Both the position numbers and the translations under genes were made by a program. From positions 77,893 through 141,892 of the forward strand of contig JAECQY010000003.1 in the NCBI GenBank assembly GCA_016000045.1: a stretch of DNA of 64,000 bases. Reading direction: 5' to 3'. Positions 45,490-54,689 of the stretch are shown here, in pieces. The DNA comes from Myxococcaceae bacterium. GTDB lineage: Bacteria; Myxococcota; UBA727; JABDBI01. Position 1 is the first letter of the stretch. The number at the start of each line of letters is the position of its first letter. The notes under the pieces are model-generated. The model ran no database searches and was not told the DNA's origin. It saw nothing but the letters and a program-made list of their open reading frames with translations.

Positions 45490-46175
45490 AACAATACCTC
45501 GATAACGGGCAGGAGTTTCTGAATGACTCCAAGTTGGTTGGCCATTTTTATTACAGCGTTTAATGTTGTTTTTTTTTCGAGAAGTGCCTGGTTTAAGGCT
45601 TGAAAACCTATGCTTTTACCCAGGTAACGAGATTTTGTAATGGCCTCAACCAAAGTTCTTTCAAGCGATGTCATTCGAAGCCCAGTTTGAGATACAATAC
45701 CGATTTCAAAATAAGGATGGGTTACACGAACCAGTCTGAGGTCAGGTTGCTTAGATCGTTTAGACCTTGGAACCATAATCCAGGTTTTATGGGGGATCTC
45801 GTCTGTCAAGTGGTAGTAGGCCAAGGCGGACAACAAACAGATTGCACTGGGTTCTCCTATGCGCAGCAAGGCAGATTTGAATAGGTCAGTTTCACAATAA
45901 TCACGAGCCCCAGTCGCTCTGAAAATCCCGCGTTCCAATTGCTCAATGCGCCTTTGCTGCAGCCAAATCCTAAGTTTTTTATAGGAAATACCTTCCTTGC
46001 ATGCCTTTTCAATTGAAAAGGGTGCGTGCTGAAGACCAGATGGAAGGAGATGAGACACGACACAAAGGTGACACAATATGTAAAAAGTGTCAACTTTATG
46101 CCTTTTTTTGAGAGCTTTCCGGACATGTCTCCAAATAAAGAACTCACTTGTGAGCATCCCTTCTTTCATGCACAC
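45486..46175 (-). CDS. AbiEi-family antitoxin / transcriptional regulator (type IV TA)
   Basis: GISYKKLRIWLQQRRIEQLERGIFR ... SALAYYHLTDEIPHKTWIMVP matches the AbiEi layout. The true start is probably downstream of 46175, because coaD starts at 46191 on the other strand. Confidence 0.75.
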   Translation of the reverse strand: MCMKEGMLTSEFFIWRHVRKALKKRHKVDTFYILCHLCVVSHLLPSGLQHAPFSIEKACKEGISYKKLRIWLQQRRIEQLERGIFRATGARDYCETDLFKSALLRIGEPSAICLLSALAYYHLTDEIPHKTWIMVPRSKRSKQPDLRLVRVTHPYFEIGIVSQTGLRMTSLERTLVEAITKSRYLGKSIGFQALNQALLEKKTTLNAVIKMANQLGVIQKLLPVIEVLL

Positions 46176-46190
46176 TCCAGAAACTTATTA

Positions 46191-46676
46191 ATGCGAAGCG
46201 TCATTTATCCCGGAAATTTTGATCCTATTACCAACGGCCATCTGGACATCATTCAGCGCGCCACATCGGCGTTCGATCATGTTGTCGTTGCTCTCACGCA
46301 AAATTCGAGCAAAACGCCTACTTTTAGTCTCGAAAAACGTTTCGAACTGATACAAGTTTGCACCAGCGAGTTTAAGAACGTCGAGATCGACTCCTTTCAA
46401 GGTCTTTTGGTCGATTACGCGAAATCACGCCACATTAAAACAATTTTACGGGGCTTGAGAGCAATCAGTGACTTCGAATATGAATTCATGATGGCAAACA
46501 TGAACCGCCGAATTGCAGATGATATCGAAACCGTCTTTATGATGACTCGTGAAACTAATTTTTATGTATCCTCTAAATTGGTGCATGAAGTTGCTCGCTT
46601 GGGAGGAAACGTGGAATCCATGGTCCCCAAAGCGGTTTCAGAAGCTCTATCCCATTTGACAAAAGCCTCGAATTAG
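46191..46676 (+). CDS. coaD: Phosphopantetheine adenylyltransferase
   Basis: MRSVIYPGNFDPITNGHLDII is canonical CoaD. The ATG at 46191 gives 161 aa. Confidence 0.95.
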   Translation: MRSVIYPGNFDPITNGHLDIIQRATSAFDHVVVALTQNSSKTPTFSLEKRFELIQVCTSEFKNVEIDSFQGLLVDYAKSRHIKTILRGLRAISDFEYEFMMANMNRRIADDIETVFMMTRETNFYVSSKLVHEVARLGGNVESMVPKAVSEALSHLTKASN

Positions 46677-46708
46677 GACTAGAGTGAGCGTTCTGGAGAT
46701 TTTTAAGA

Positions 46709-46951
46709 ATGGCCAATCACGTTTCTGCAGCCAAACGACATATTCAATCCGAAAAGCGACGTTCGCGTAATCGTGCTGCTAAAAGCGCTTTACATACCCA
46801 AATCAAAAAAACACAGGGTGATATGGGCCCAGAGGCCATCCGGCTTGGCCAACAAGCACTAGCGGTCGCCGCCCGCAAAGGCGTGATCCACAAGAAAGCA
46901 GCTTCTAGACGCATCTCTCGTTTGATGAAAGCGGCTCAAAATCGCGCGTAA
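46709..46951 (+). CDS. rpsT: 30S ribosomal protein S20
   Basis: MANHVSAAKRHIQSEKRRSRNRAAKS is the typical S20 N-terminus. The product is basic and 80 aa long. Confidence 0.95.
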   Translation: MANHVSAAKRHIQSEKRRSRNRAAKSALHTQIKKTQGDMGPEAIRLGQQALAVAARKGVIHKKAASRRISRLMKAAQNRA

Positions 46952-47712
46952 GTACTGATCGACAGTGGGCCGAGTTTAAGCTCTCCCACTTCTGCTTTTT
47001 TTTCATAAAATACCTTTCCAATGAGCAATTTCAAATTCTGAGGGCTCATGTTTTGGGCATAGCTGTTCAACAGAAAGAACGATTCGTTGCTTCGTAAAAG
47101 CACCTTACAGCTCACCAATAAATTTAAAATCTCTTTTTGAAACACAAATTGTTTGTTTTGAGCCAGTCCAAAAGGCGGCGGATCCAAAATAATTCCATCG
47201 TAACGATTGCCTCTCTTGAACTCCCGTTCCGCAAATTTTTGAGCATCGTCCACAATCCATCGTATGCCTTTCATTTGATTTCTTTGAGCATTCGCTGAAG
47301 CCCAGGCAACCGTTGATTTGGATGCATCGACGTGTGTCACGCAAGCGCCTGCTTTCGCGCACACCAAACTAGCAACACCCGTGTAAGCAAAAAGATTGAG
47401 TACTTTAAAGCCGGAGCGAACTCTTTTGCTAAGCCACTTCCAGTTTTGTTCTTGTTCTGGAAAAATTCCAATGTTTTTAGATTGTGATTGCCGAAGTTCA
47501 AACTCCAAAGACTCGTAGCGAATCAGCCAAGGCTCAAGTCTGGGTTGCCAATCGTACCGATTTCCCACAAGATCTCGGCATAGGCTATGCGGCCTCCAGT
47601 TCAAACTCGATGCTTCCTGTTGAGCCAAAGCTTCCGGGCGCTCCAGAATAACACTCCCAAAACGCTCAAGTTTACGCCCTCTTCCAAAGTCCACCAATTC
47701 ATAGTCTAACAT
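46936..47712 (-). CDS. Class I SAM-dependent methyltransferase (RlmI/PF10672-like catalytic domain)
   Basis: VLNLFAYTG and IILDPPPF motifs. I placed the start at MLDYELV, just after the rimI-like stop. Confidence 0.7.
   Translation of the reverse strand: MLDYELVDFGRGRKLERFGSVILERPEALAQQEASSLNWRPHSLCRDLVGNRYDWQPRLEPWLIRYESLEFELRQSQSKNIGIFPEQEQNWKWLSKRVRSGFKVLNLFAYTGVASLVCAKAGACVTHVDASKSTVAWASANAQRNQMKGIRWIVDDAQKFAEREFKRGNRYDGIILDPPPFGLAQNKQFVFQKEILNLLVSCKVLLRSNESFFLLNSYAQNMSPQNLKLLIGKVFYEKKAEVGELKLGPLSISTYARF
46964..47004 (+). terminator. Possible intrinsic terminator after rpsT
   Basis: An imperfect hairpin agtggg..gag...ctc..cccact is followed by a run of eight T (46996-47003). It lies inside the 3-prime end of the convergent methyltransferase ORF. 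Confidence 0.4.
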
Positions 47713-48122
47713 GCTGAAACTCCATTTTCTTTGGGCGAACAACGTCGCATCACCCAAGCACTTTCAGGATAATAATTCAGGCGCTTGCAGATTTTTTCAA
47801 AGCCTAAATTTTCATAGAACGCGATTGCTTGAAGATTTAATTCACTGACTTCAAGCCATAAATCAAGCCCTTCAAGTGCCTTGATCAGCTGCTTAGCATA
47901 ACCCTTCCTCCGCACATGAGGTGCTGTCATGATGCGAAATACCCAGCGTTCATCTGCCAGCTGGCGAGTTAATAAAACAGCCGCTTCTGGAATTCCATAG
48001 CAATGCGCATCCGCGTGAAGCAGCTCTTCTTGGATAGCAGACTTGGACCAGGGTTTTTCAAAACACAACGAATCAAGCTGGGCAATCCAGCCCAGATCTT
48101 CTAAGGCCAGCTTTCGAATCAC
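47706..48122 (-). CDS. rimI: GNAT N-acetyltransferase, RimI-like
   Basis: A 138-aa protein with the acetyl-CoA motif RRKGYAKQLI. Its size and layout match ribosomal-protein-alanine acetyltransferase. The symbol is tentative. Confidence 0.6.
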   Translation of the reverse strand: MIRKLALEDLGWIAQLDSLCFEKPWSKSAIQEELLHADAHCYGIPEAAVLLTRQLADERWVFRIMTAPHVRRKGYAKQLIKALEGLDLWLEVSELNLQAIAFYENLGFEKICKRLNYYPESAWVMRRCSPKENGVSAC

Positions 48123-49033
48123 TTCAAAAAGCCCAAAACAATGTGATTAAATTCGACATTAAACTCAATATTGGGAGCGTGCCGAGCTCCTTCAATCACT
48201 TGAAGCTGAGCTTCTGCTCCAAAATAATCTTTTAATCGTTTCCCGATCTTCAATGGAAAAATCGTATCGTCGCTCCCCCAAACGATGAGCACATGCTTGG
48301 GGTGTATCTGAAGACGATGGCGAACCCGTGTAAAGTTGGACACCAAATCCTCCAACAAAGCTGTACGTTGACCTTCTGGGTTGTCTTGAACGTACTCGAT
48401 CAAATCTTTTTGAACAAAGAATGGAACCCACGGTGGGTTTCGATAAGCAATATCAAGCAATCGTTTCAGCCCCGAATGAGTCCGCGGGAGAATAATCTCA
48501 GCCGGATTTTTGGCTTGAAATCGCTCCAGCAGCTCCTCGTAATCTTGTGGATTATATACAGGTCCTGGCGAAGCAACAAAAATAGCTCTTCCAACTTGCT
48601 CCGGAGATTCTGCCAGCAATAGCATGGCCACCAAGCCGCCGTACGAAATGCCCATCACATCGGTCTTTTGAATTTGCAGATGTTCTAAGAGATTTTTAAT
48701 CGCTCGAGCTTGATGTTCTACGGAAAAGTCGGCCTTAAGCGAATACGATCCTCCAAACCAGAGCAAATCGGGCACGATCAAGTGAAAATGTTTGGCTAAT
48801 TCTAGAATTTGAGATTCCCAAGCAACGGTTCCATCTGCTCCAAATCCATGAAGCAATAGAAGAGTCGGGCCTTTTCCGCCTTTCCAATACCGGATCGTAT
48901 CTTCACCCAATCGAATCTCTTGGGATTGAAGGCCCACTTGACGGACATTGCGCTCAACATAACGCTTCTGCAATTGAACTAAATTACAAGAAGAACCCAT
49001 TATGGTAACAAAAAAAATAATTAAATAATGCAT
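48119..49033 (-). CDS. Alpha/beta-fold hydrolase
   Basis: LLLLHGFGADG oxyanion region, GISYGG nucleophile elbow, and a C-terminal His (GARHAP). Confidence 0.8.
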   Translation of the reverse strand: MHYLIIFFVTIMGSSCNLVQLQKRYVERNVRQVGLQSQEIRLGEDTIRYWKGGKGPTLLLLHGFGADGTVAWESQILELAKHFHLIVPDLLWFGGSYSLKADFSVEHQARAIKNLLEHLQIQKTDVMGISYGGLVAMLLLAESPEQVGRAIFVASPGPVYNPQDYEELLERFQAKNPAEIILPRTHSGLKRLLDIAYRNPPWVPFFVQKDLIEYVQDNPEGQRTALLEDLVSNFTRVRHRLQIHPKHVLIVWGSDDTIFPLKIGKRLKDYFGAEAQLQVIEGARHAPNIEFNVEFNHIVLGFLK

Positions 49034-49050
49034 TAGGATGTAATATCAGT

Positions 49051-51306
49051 TCAATTTTTTTGATATCCGCAGCTTGGACACTTTATCTGAGCTCCAGAGC
49101 GAAGAGTTTTTTCGATGAGATAGAGATTATTGCAAACTGGACATGGCGAATTAACCGGCTTATCCCAAGATACAAAATCGCAAGAAGGATAATTGCTGCA
49201 GCCATAAAAAACCTTGCCTTTTTGACTTCGCTTGACAGCGACTTCCCCATGACAGCCAGATTTAGGACATTTAACACCCGTCGGCATCGGCATCGTAAAA
49301 GCACACTCTGGATAGCGGCTGCATCCCAAAAATGATCCAAATTTACCGCGCTTAATCACCAAGGGTGCTTCGCAGGTTTTACACGCCAAGTCCGTTTTTT
49401 CTTCTGCCAGAGGAACAATGTTTCCATCTACCCGAGAAAATGCCATGGTATTTTTACAAGCAGGGTAGCCTGAGCAACCTAGAAAGCTGCCTGTTTTTCC
49501 CCATTTCACAACCATCTTATGCTCAGCGCATTTCGAACAAACAAAATCCGTTGGCTCCTCCATGCGTTTGACGTCTCGCATGGATTCTTTAGCGCCCAGC
49601 AGTGTTTGTTTAAACGGTTCGTAAAAAGCCCTCAGTACTTGTTTCCAATCAGCGGCACCTTCTTCGATTTTATCTAAATTTTCTTCCATCCCAGCCGTGA
49701 AAGCGACTTCCATAATTTGAGGAAACGAATCCACCAACAAGTCGGTTACCAGAGAGCCGAGTTCCGTTGGAAAGAAGCGCCCTTCTTTTTTCTCAACGTA
49801 TTCTTTATCTTGGATCACGGACAAAATACTCGCGTACGTCGAGGGGCGACCGATGCCTTTATCTTCAAGCTCTTTAACCAAACTGGCTTCCGTAAACCTT
49901 GGTGGAGGCTGAGTGAAATGCTGAAGCGCTTCCACATTCTTGAAATCAATGGGATCTCCTTGAGCCAATTCCGGTAAAAGCGTCTTTTCTTCCTTTTGCT
50001 CACTTTGAGCCTCGCGATCGTCTTCATCGACCTGTTCACGATAAACCCTTAGAAAACCTTCAAAAACCAACACCGAACCGGTTGCACGAAGCGTATGCCG
50101 GCCTGCTGCAATATCGACTTGCGTTTGATCGTACTGAGCGGGTGTCATCTGAGAGGCCACAAAGCGCTCCCAAATTAGCTGATAAAGCTTGAATTGGTCT
50201 GGTTTTAAAAAGCTTTTTACCTGATCAGGATGATACTGCATCGAAGTGGGTCGAATCGCTTCATGCGCCTCTTGAGCGCTCTTCTTAGTCTTAAAATAGT
50301 TTGGTTTCTCCGGTAAAAAATCCGTTCCAAAATTCGACCCAATATAGCCACGAACAGCAGCTATCGCTTCTTCGCTCACTCGAGTTGAGTCGGTACGCAT
50401 GTAAGTGATGAGACCAACGGTCCCTTCTTCGCCCAAATCAATCCCTTCATAGAGCGTTTGAGCCAGCATCATGGTTTTTTTACTGGTAAAGCGAAAAGCC
50501 CTGGCCGCATCTTGCTGTAACTTGGACGTGATAAAGGGAGGACCCGGCCGCCGTTGACGTCGGGTTTTTGTCACTTGCTCAACCAATGCTTTGGCCTGCT
50601 CTATTTCCTGTTTCGCAGCATAGGCCTGCTCTGCCTCTTTCAGCTCCACTTTCTTTTGGTCTGTTTTGATAAGCTTGGAAGTAAACAATGGTTTTTTACC
50701 GGCATCGCTGGATGCTTCCACAGACCAATACTCTTCGGAAACGAACGCTATAATTTCGCGTTCACGATCCACAACCAAACGTACCGCCACAGACTGGACG
50801 CGGCCAGCGCTGAGACCTCGGCGGACTTTTTTCCACAAAATTGGGCTAATTTGGTACCCAACAACCCGATCCAAAACCCGACGAGCCTGTTGGGCATCGT
50901 AAAGATCGGAATTCAACTCACTGGCATGCTTAAAGGCTTCTTTGACTGCTTTTTGCGTAATTTCATGAAAACGAACCCGGAATATCGGTGTGTTTTTTGC
51001 TTTTTCTTGAATCAAATTGCGCAAATGATAAGCGATGGCTTCGCCCTCGCGATCCGGGTCAGGAGCTAAATAGATCGCCTCCGCGTGCTTTCCGGCATTT
51101 TGGATCTCTTTGATGACCTTGGATTTGCCTTCAATCGGAACGTACTCAGGCGTAAATTCGCCGCTTTCTAAATCAACGCCCATTCGATTAGGAGGCAAAT
51201 CGATGATATGGCCCACCGAGGCTAAGACTTCGTACCCATGACCGAGGTACTTTCGAATGGTTTTGGCTTTTGCTGGAGATTCAACGATTACGAGTGATTT
51301 TGCCAT
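49051..51306 (-). CDS. topA: DNA topoisomerase I
   Basis: N-terminal TOPRIM domain (LVIVESPAKAKTI, DPDREGE), the active-site region ITYMRTDS, and several C-terminal Cys4 zinc ribbons. Confidence 0.95.
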   Translation of the reverse strand: MAKSLVIVESPAKAKTIRKYLGHGYEVLASVGHIIDLPPNRMGVDLESGEFTPEYVPIEGKSKVIKEIQNAGKHAEAIYLAPDPDREGEAIAYHLRNLIQEKAKNTPIFRVRFHEITQKAVKEAFKHASELNSDLYDAQQARRVLDRVVGYQISPILWKKVRRGLSAGRVQSVAVRLVVDREREIIAFVSEEYWSVEASSDAGKKPLFTSKLIKTDQKKVELKEAEQAYAAKQEIEQAKALVEQVTKTRRQRRPGPPFITSKLQQDAARAFRFTSKKTMMLAQTLYEGIDLGEEGTVGLITYMRTDSTRVSEEAIAAVRGYIGSNFGTDFLPEKPNYFKTKKSAQEAHEAIRPTSMQYHPDQVKSFLKPDQFKLYQLIWERFVASQMTPAQYDQTQVDIAAGRHTLRATGSVLVFEGFLRVYREQVDEDDREAQSEQKEEKTLLPELAQGDPIDFKNVEALQHFTQPPPRFTEASLVKELEDKGIGRPSTYASILSVIQDKEYVEKKEGRFFPTELGSLVTDLLVDSFPQIMEVAFTAGMEENLDKIEEGAADWKQVLRAFYEPFKQTLLGAKESMRDVKRMEEPTDFVCSKCAEHKMVVKWGKTGSFLGCSGYPACKNTMAFSRVDGNIVPLAEEKTDLACKTCEAPLVIKRGKFGSFLGCSRYPECAFTMPMPTGVKCPKSGCHGEVAVKRSQKGKVFYGCSNYPSCDFVSWDKPVNSPCPVCNNLYLIEKTLRSGAQIKCPSCGYQKN

Positions 51307-52148
51307 ACAATTTCTGCGCCTTTTCGGCTAATTCTACCGGTCAACTCAAGTCGAAGCAAGTCGGACTGGATTTGAGAAATCGGAAGATGAAGCGCATCGC
51401 ATAGAATGTCAAGCGTCAATGAGCCTTGATGTCGCTGAAACAGCGCCTGCCAAGGGTGTTGCTCTTCAAGGCAATCGCTTTTAGAAGACGATTTTTTTTC
51501 TAAGCCCAAAGCGTTGACAAGCGCTGAAAGCTCAAAGAGTGCACGGGCTTCCTGGTTTTGAAGAAGACTATTCGAAGCCGATGCGAGCGGATTGTCCGGA
51601 TCACCCGGTATGGCCCAAACCGGTATTCCGATCTTTTGAGCATACCGAGCCGTATGAAGCGTTCCTGAATTTAGAGTCCCTTCGACAATCACAACTGCAT
51701 CCACCAAAGCTGCAATATACTGATTTCTGGCTACGAAAAGGGTTTTTCCAATTTGAGTCTCCGGAGCAAAAACAGTTACCGTCGTTAAAAGGGAACCTAA
51801 TTTTCTGAGTCGCTCGGGGCGTTCATCGCCCTCCAAGCGCGCAGGTTCTCCTAAAACCGCAAGCGTTTCTGCTTCGACGGAGATTGCGCCCCGATGAGCA
51901 GCCATATCAATCCCAATGGCTCCTCCTGAAACGATCAAAACGCCTGACTGGGACAATTGAGCCGCTATGTTAAACGCTCGTTTGAGGCCTTGCTCGGAAG
52001 GCTTTCGAGTCCCTACAATCGCTACCGATGGCAAAAACCGGAGCAATTCCGCATTTCCCCGAACATAAGCGCATTTAGGCACGCTCGGAGCTCGCAATAA
52101 ACGCCCAAGTACGTGAGGATGATGAAGGCCGAGAACTTGACAGATCAT
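51288..52148 (-). CDS. dprA: DNA-processing protein DprA
   Basis: VAIVGTRKPS and SGGAIGIDMAAHRGA motifs. The gene lies upstream of topA. Confidence 0.85.
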   Translation of the reverse strand: MICQVLGLHHPHVLGRLLRAPSVPKCAYVRGNAELLRFLPSVAIVGTRKPSEQGLKRAFNIAAQLSQSGVLIVSGGAIGIDMAAHRGAISVEAETLAVLGEPARLEGDERPERLRKLGSLLTTVTVFAPETQIGKTLFVARNQYIAALVDAVVIVEGTLNSGTLHTARYAQKIGIPVWAIPGDPDNPLASASNSLLQNQEARALFELSALVNALGLEKKSSSKSDCLEEQHPWQALFQRHQGSLTLDILCDALHLPISQIQSDLLRLELTGRISRKGAEIVWQNHS

Positions 52149-53923
52149 GTTCTTAAAACAACCCGATCGCGGCCAGCTCGCTTGGCTTGATAAAGAGCCC
52201 GATCCGCAGCAGCAATTAGATTCGACTCCAATTGATCAGGATACCAAGCCACTCCAATGGACACCGAAAGATGCTTCAAAGGCTGCCCCGAAGCACCGGA
52301 CACCTTCAATCCTCGAACGGCTATTCTTAATTTCTGAGCCACCTCGAGCCCGGAGTCCGGGCCAGTTTGCGGTAGAATAACACAAAACTCCTCTCCTCCA
52401 AAGCGTGCCACCCCATCCACTTTTCGGACCGACTCTTGTAAGCAACTGGCTATTTCCTTCAACACGAAATCTCCCATGACATGCCCCATTCGATCGTTAT
52501 AGTCCTTGAAATGATCGACATCGATCATCAACAAAGTCATCGGAGTGTCAAAGCGATTGGAACGAATGATTTCATTCGCAATCAATCGTTCCATGGCTCG
52601 GCGATTCATAAGCCCCGTCAAAGGATCGGTCGTAGCGAGTTGAACCGTTTCCTCGTAAAGCTGTGCATTTTTAAGCGATATCGAAACCAAAGCTCCTAAG
52701 GTATCCAACATCACGACGTCTTGTTCATCAAAGGCATAAGCCTTTTCATGAAAAAAGCTCATCACGCCAATGACTCTTCCTTGATACAACATAGGAATCG
52801 ACAAAAGAGAGCCTTTAGGCATTTCAGGTCTGTCCCTGAAAAGGACCCGATCGTCTTCCAAAATGTTATTCACCAAAATGGGCTTTGCTTCTTGACCGGC
52901 CGTACCGGTAATTCCTTCTCCAAACGAAAAACGCAAATTTTTATAGGCGGATGTGTCCAGAAATCCACACCCTATTTCAAGAACAAATTGATTCTCCGGT
53001 GACAGCAAATAGATTCCAAAATCAGCCCATCCAAGCCTTTCCTTCAACAAGCTGTATAGCCGCCCAGCTAAAGACTCCTTTGTTAAAATAGCCCCTAATT
53101 GATGAGCGGCGTCCATTAACAATTCTTGCGCTTGAATACGCCGCTTCAGACTTTGGTTCGCTTGCTCTAGGCGGGCTTTGATGGAAAGTTGCTCATGGGC
53201 CTCTTGTAAGTCATGTTCCCACTCGATTTCTCGCACCTGCATGCGTGTCAGAGCAGATAAAAGTTTATTGAACGCGACGCTCAGGATACCGACCTCATCC
53301 ATGTTATCCACTTTGGCGCGCACCAGAAAAGATCCCTTTTCGGCCGTGCCCATGGCTGAGATCAAGCGAGTTAATCGAACTCCGACAATCCCATGAGTCA
53401 TCCAGCCAATCATGGCAGCCAAAATAAGGATCACCAGCCAAAACGAGAAGGCTAGCTTCACTAAGAATAGCTTTGATTCGGATTGGATCGCTTTTAAATC
53501 CATCACCACTTCGATGGCTTTGACTCTGGCATCGTGGGTTGAAATACGTTTTGTAACGTATAGAAGTGTTCCCACTTGCTTTTCGCCCTGCTCGTAAGCT
53601 TCCTTTCGAGTACTCTGACTCGGATCACTGCTGTAGAGCACACGGTTCCCTGCGCCCATAATTCGGACAAACGCCACTTCCGAGGAGCCGACGAAATCGA
53701 GCATAATTTCGCTCATCGCCTCTGCTTGATCACGCCGCTCGATCGTCTGGTAAACGGAAGCGATCGCATCAGAAACCATATGAGCATGCTCAATCGCATG
53801 TTTCCGATCCATCTTGATCTGGATTGGAATCAAGAATGAAAAAACAAAAGCAGAAAGCGCTAAACCAAAAAAAACGATTCGAAGCGCTATTTGCTTAGAA
53901 ACAGACAGATTTTTTTTAAACAT
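52145..53923 (-). CDS. Membrane-anchored HAMP-GAF-GGDEF diguanylate cyclase
   Basis: Two TM segments flank a periplasmic region, followed by HAMP, a GAF-like region and a GGDEF domain with active site GGEEF. An RKVD I-site lies 5 residues upstream. Confidence 0.85.
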   Translation of the reverse strand: MFKKNLSVSKQIALRIVFFGLALSAFVFSFLIPIQIKMDRKHAIEHAHMVSDAIASVYQTIERRDQAEAMSEIMLDFVGSSEVAFVRIMGAGNRVLYSSDPSQSTRKEAYEQGEKQVGTLLYVTKRISTHDARVKAIEVVMDLKAIQSESKLFLVKLAFSFWLVILILAAMIGWMTHGIVGVRLTRLISAMGTAEKGSFLVRAKVDNMDEVGILSVAFNKLLSALTRMQVREIEWEHDLQEAHEQLSIKARLEQANQSLKRRIQAQELLMDAAHQLGAILTKESLAGRLYSLLKERLGWADFGIYLLSPENQFVLEIGCGFLDTSAYKNLRFSFGEGITGTAGQEAKPILVNNILEDDRVLFRDRPEMPKGSLLSIPMLYQGRVIGVMSFFHEKAYAFDEQDVVMLDTLGALVSISLKNAQLYEETVQLATTDPLTGLMNRRAMERLIANEIIRSNRFDTPMTLLMIDVDHFKDYNDRMGHVMGDFVLKEIASCLQESVRKVDGVARFGGEEFCVILPQTGPDSGLEVAQKLRIAVRGLKVSGASGQPLKHLSVSIGVAWYPDQLESNLIAAADRALYQAKRAGRDRVVLRT

Positions 53924-53976
53924 ACAACCGATTCCAACGTATTTGTTCCAACCCTAACACAACTAAACGCAAATCT

Positions 53977-54198
53977 GTGCTAGCAATTCAACTCGTTATG
54001 CGGCGTCCTTTCAGTCATTCGCTCAACTTCTACCTGAAACAAACCGGAACCCCTCGCTATTCGGTTCGGTATGTTGAGCGATTCGTTTTTTTCAGTTGCG
54101 TTGGGGCCGCCATCCTTGCTTCGGAACTTGAACCTTTATCGCTGCTGACAGTTCCCGTTCTAGGCTGGCTTTCCCATCGAAGAGACATCTTTCGATGA
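53977..54198 (+). CDS. Small hypothetical protein upstream of the NuoC-like gene
   Basis: A 73-aa ORF with a GTG start whose stop overlaps the next ORF. I am not confident it is coding. Confidence 0.3.
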   Translation: MLAIQLVMRRPFSHSLNFYLKQTGTPRYSVRYVERFVFFSCVGAAILASELEPLSLLTVPVLGWLSHRRDIFR

Positions 54199-54689
54199 TC
54201 GCCATTCCATCTCATAAAATGGGTCCATTTTTGGATTTCATGGGTCTTCGTTCAAACGATTCCTTCATCTCCTATGCATCTTATTCCAGCGTAGAGCCCC
54301 CCTTTTTCGAGCATCCTGCAGACATTCAACCCCTCTCTTGCGATATCTCGGAAGATTCTCTCTTGAAGAGCCTGGAAACTCAAGAACCGAAAGTACTCCT
54401 GGACCTTTTCGCGATTGATCAACACACTCATTTGCTGCTTCGATATGAATTTGATTCCCTTCGCTTAACCATACCAGTCCCCGATCATTTACACATGCCA
54501 AGTCTCACGGACCGCTTTAAAAGTGCCTGCTGGCTTGAAAGAGAGTGCTTTGATCTCTTTGGCATTGTGTTTGAAGGGCATCGAAATTTAAAACGCTTGC
54601 TTTTGTATCCCGAATTCACAGGATACCCCCTTCGAAAGACCTATCCATGGACAAAAGCTCAGCCTTTGGTGCCTCACCATGCAAGATGA
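54195..54689 (+). CDS. NADH-quinone oxidoreductase subunit C-like (Complex1_30kDa domain) protein
   Basis: ACWLERECFDLFGIVFEGHRNLKRLLLYPEFTGYPLRKTYP matches the conserved NuoC core (WxEREhxDhFGhxFxGHPxLRR...G.PLRKD). Confidence 0.7.
   Translation: MIAIPSHKMGPFLDFMGLRSNDSFISYASYSSVEPPFFEHPADIQPLSCDISEDSLLKSLETQEPKVLLDLFAIDQHTHLLLRYEFDSLRLTIPVPDHLHMPSLTDRFKSACWLERECFDLFGIVFEGHRNLKRLLLYPEFTGYPLRKTYPWTKAQPLVPHHAR

Noticed and set aside
53977-54198. The small ORF upstream of the NuoC-like gene considered as a NuoA remnant (S-V-R-Y...F-F spacing).
   Set aside because: The resemblance covers only a few residues, and the downstream FDxE motif does not line up. I kept it only as a low-confidence hypothetical ORF.
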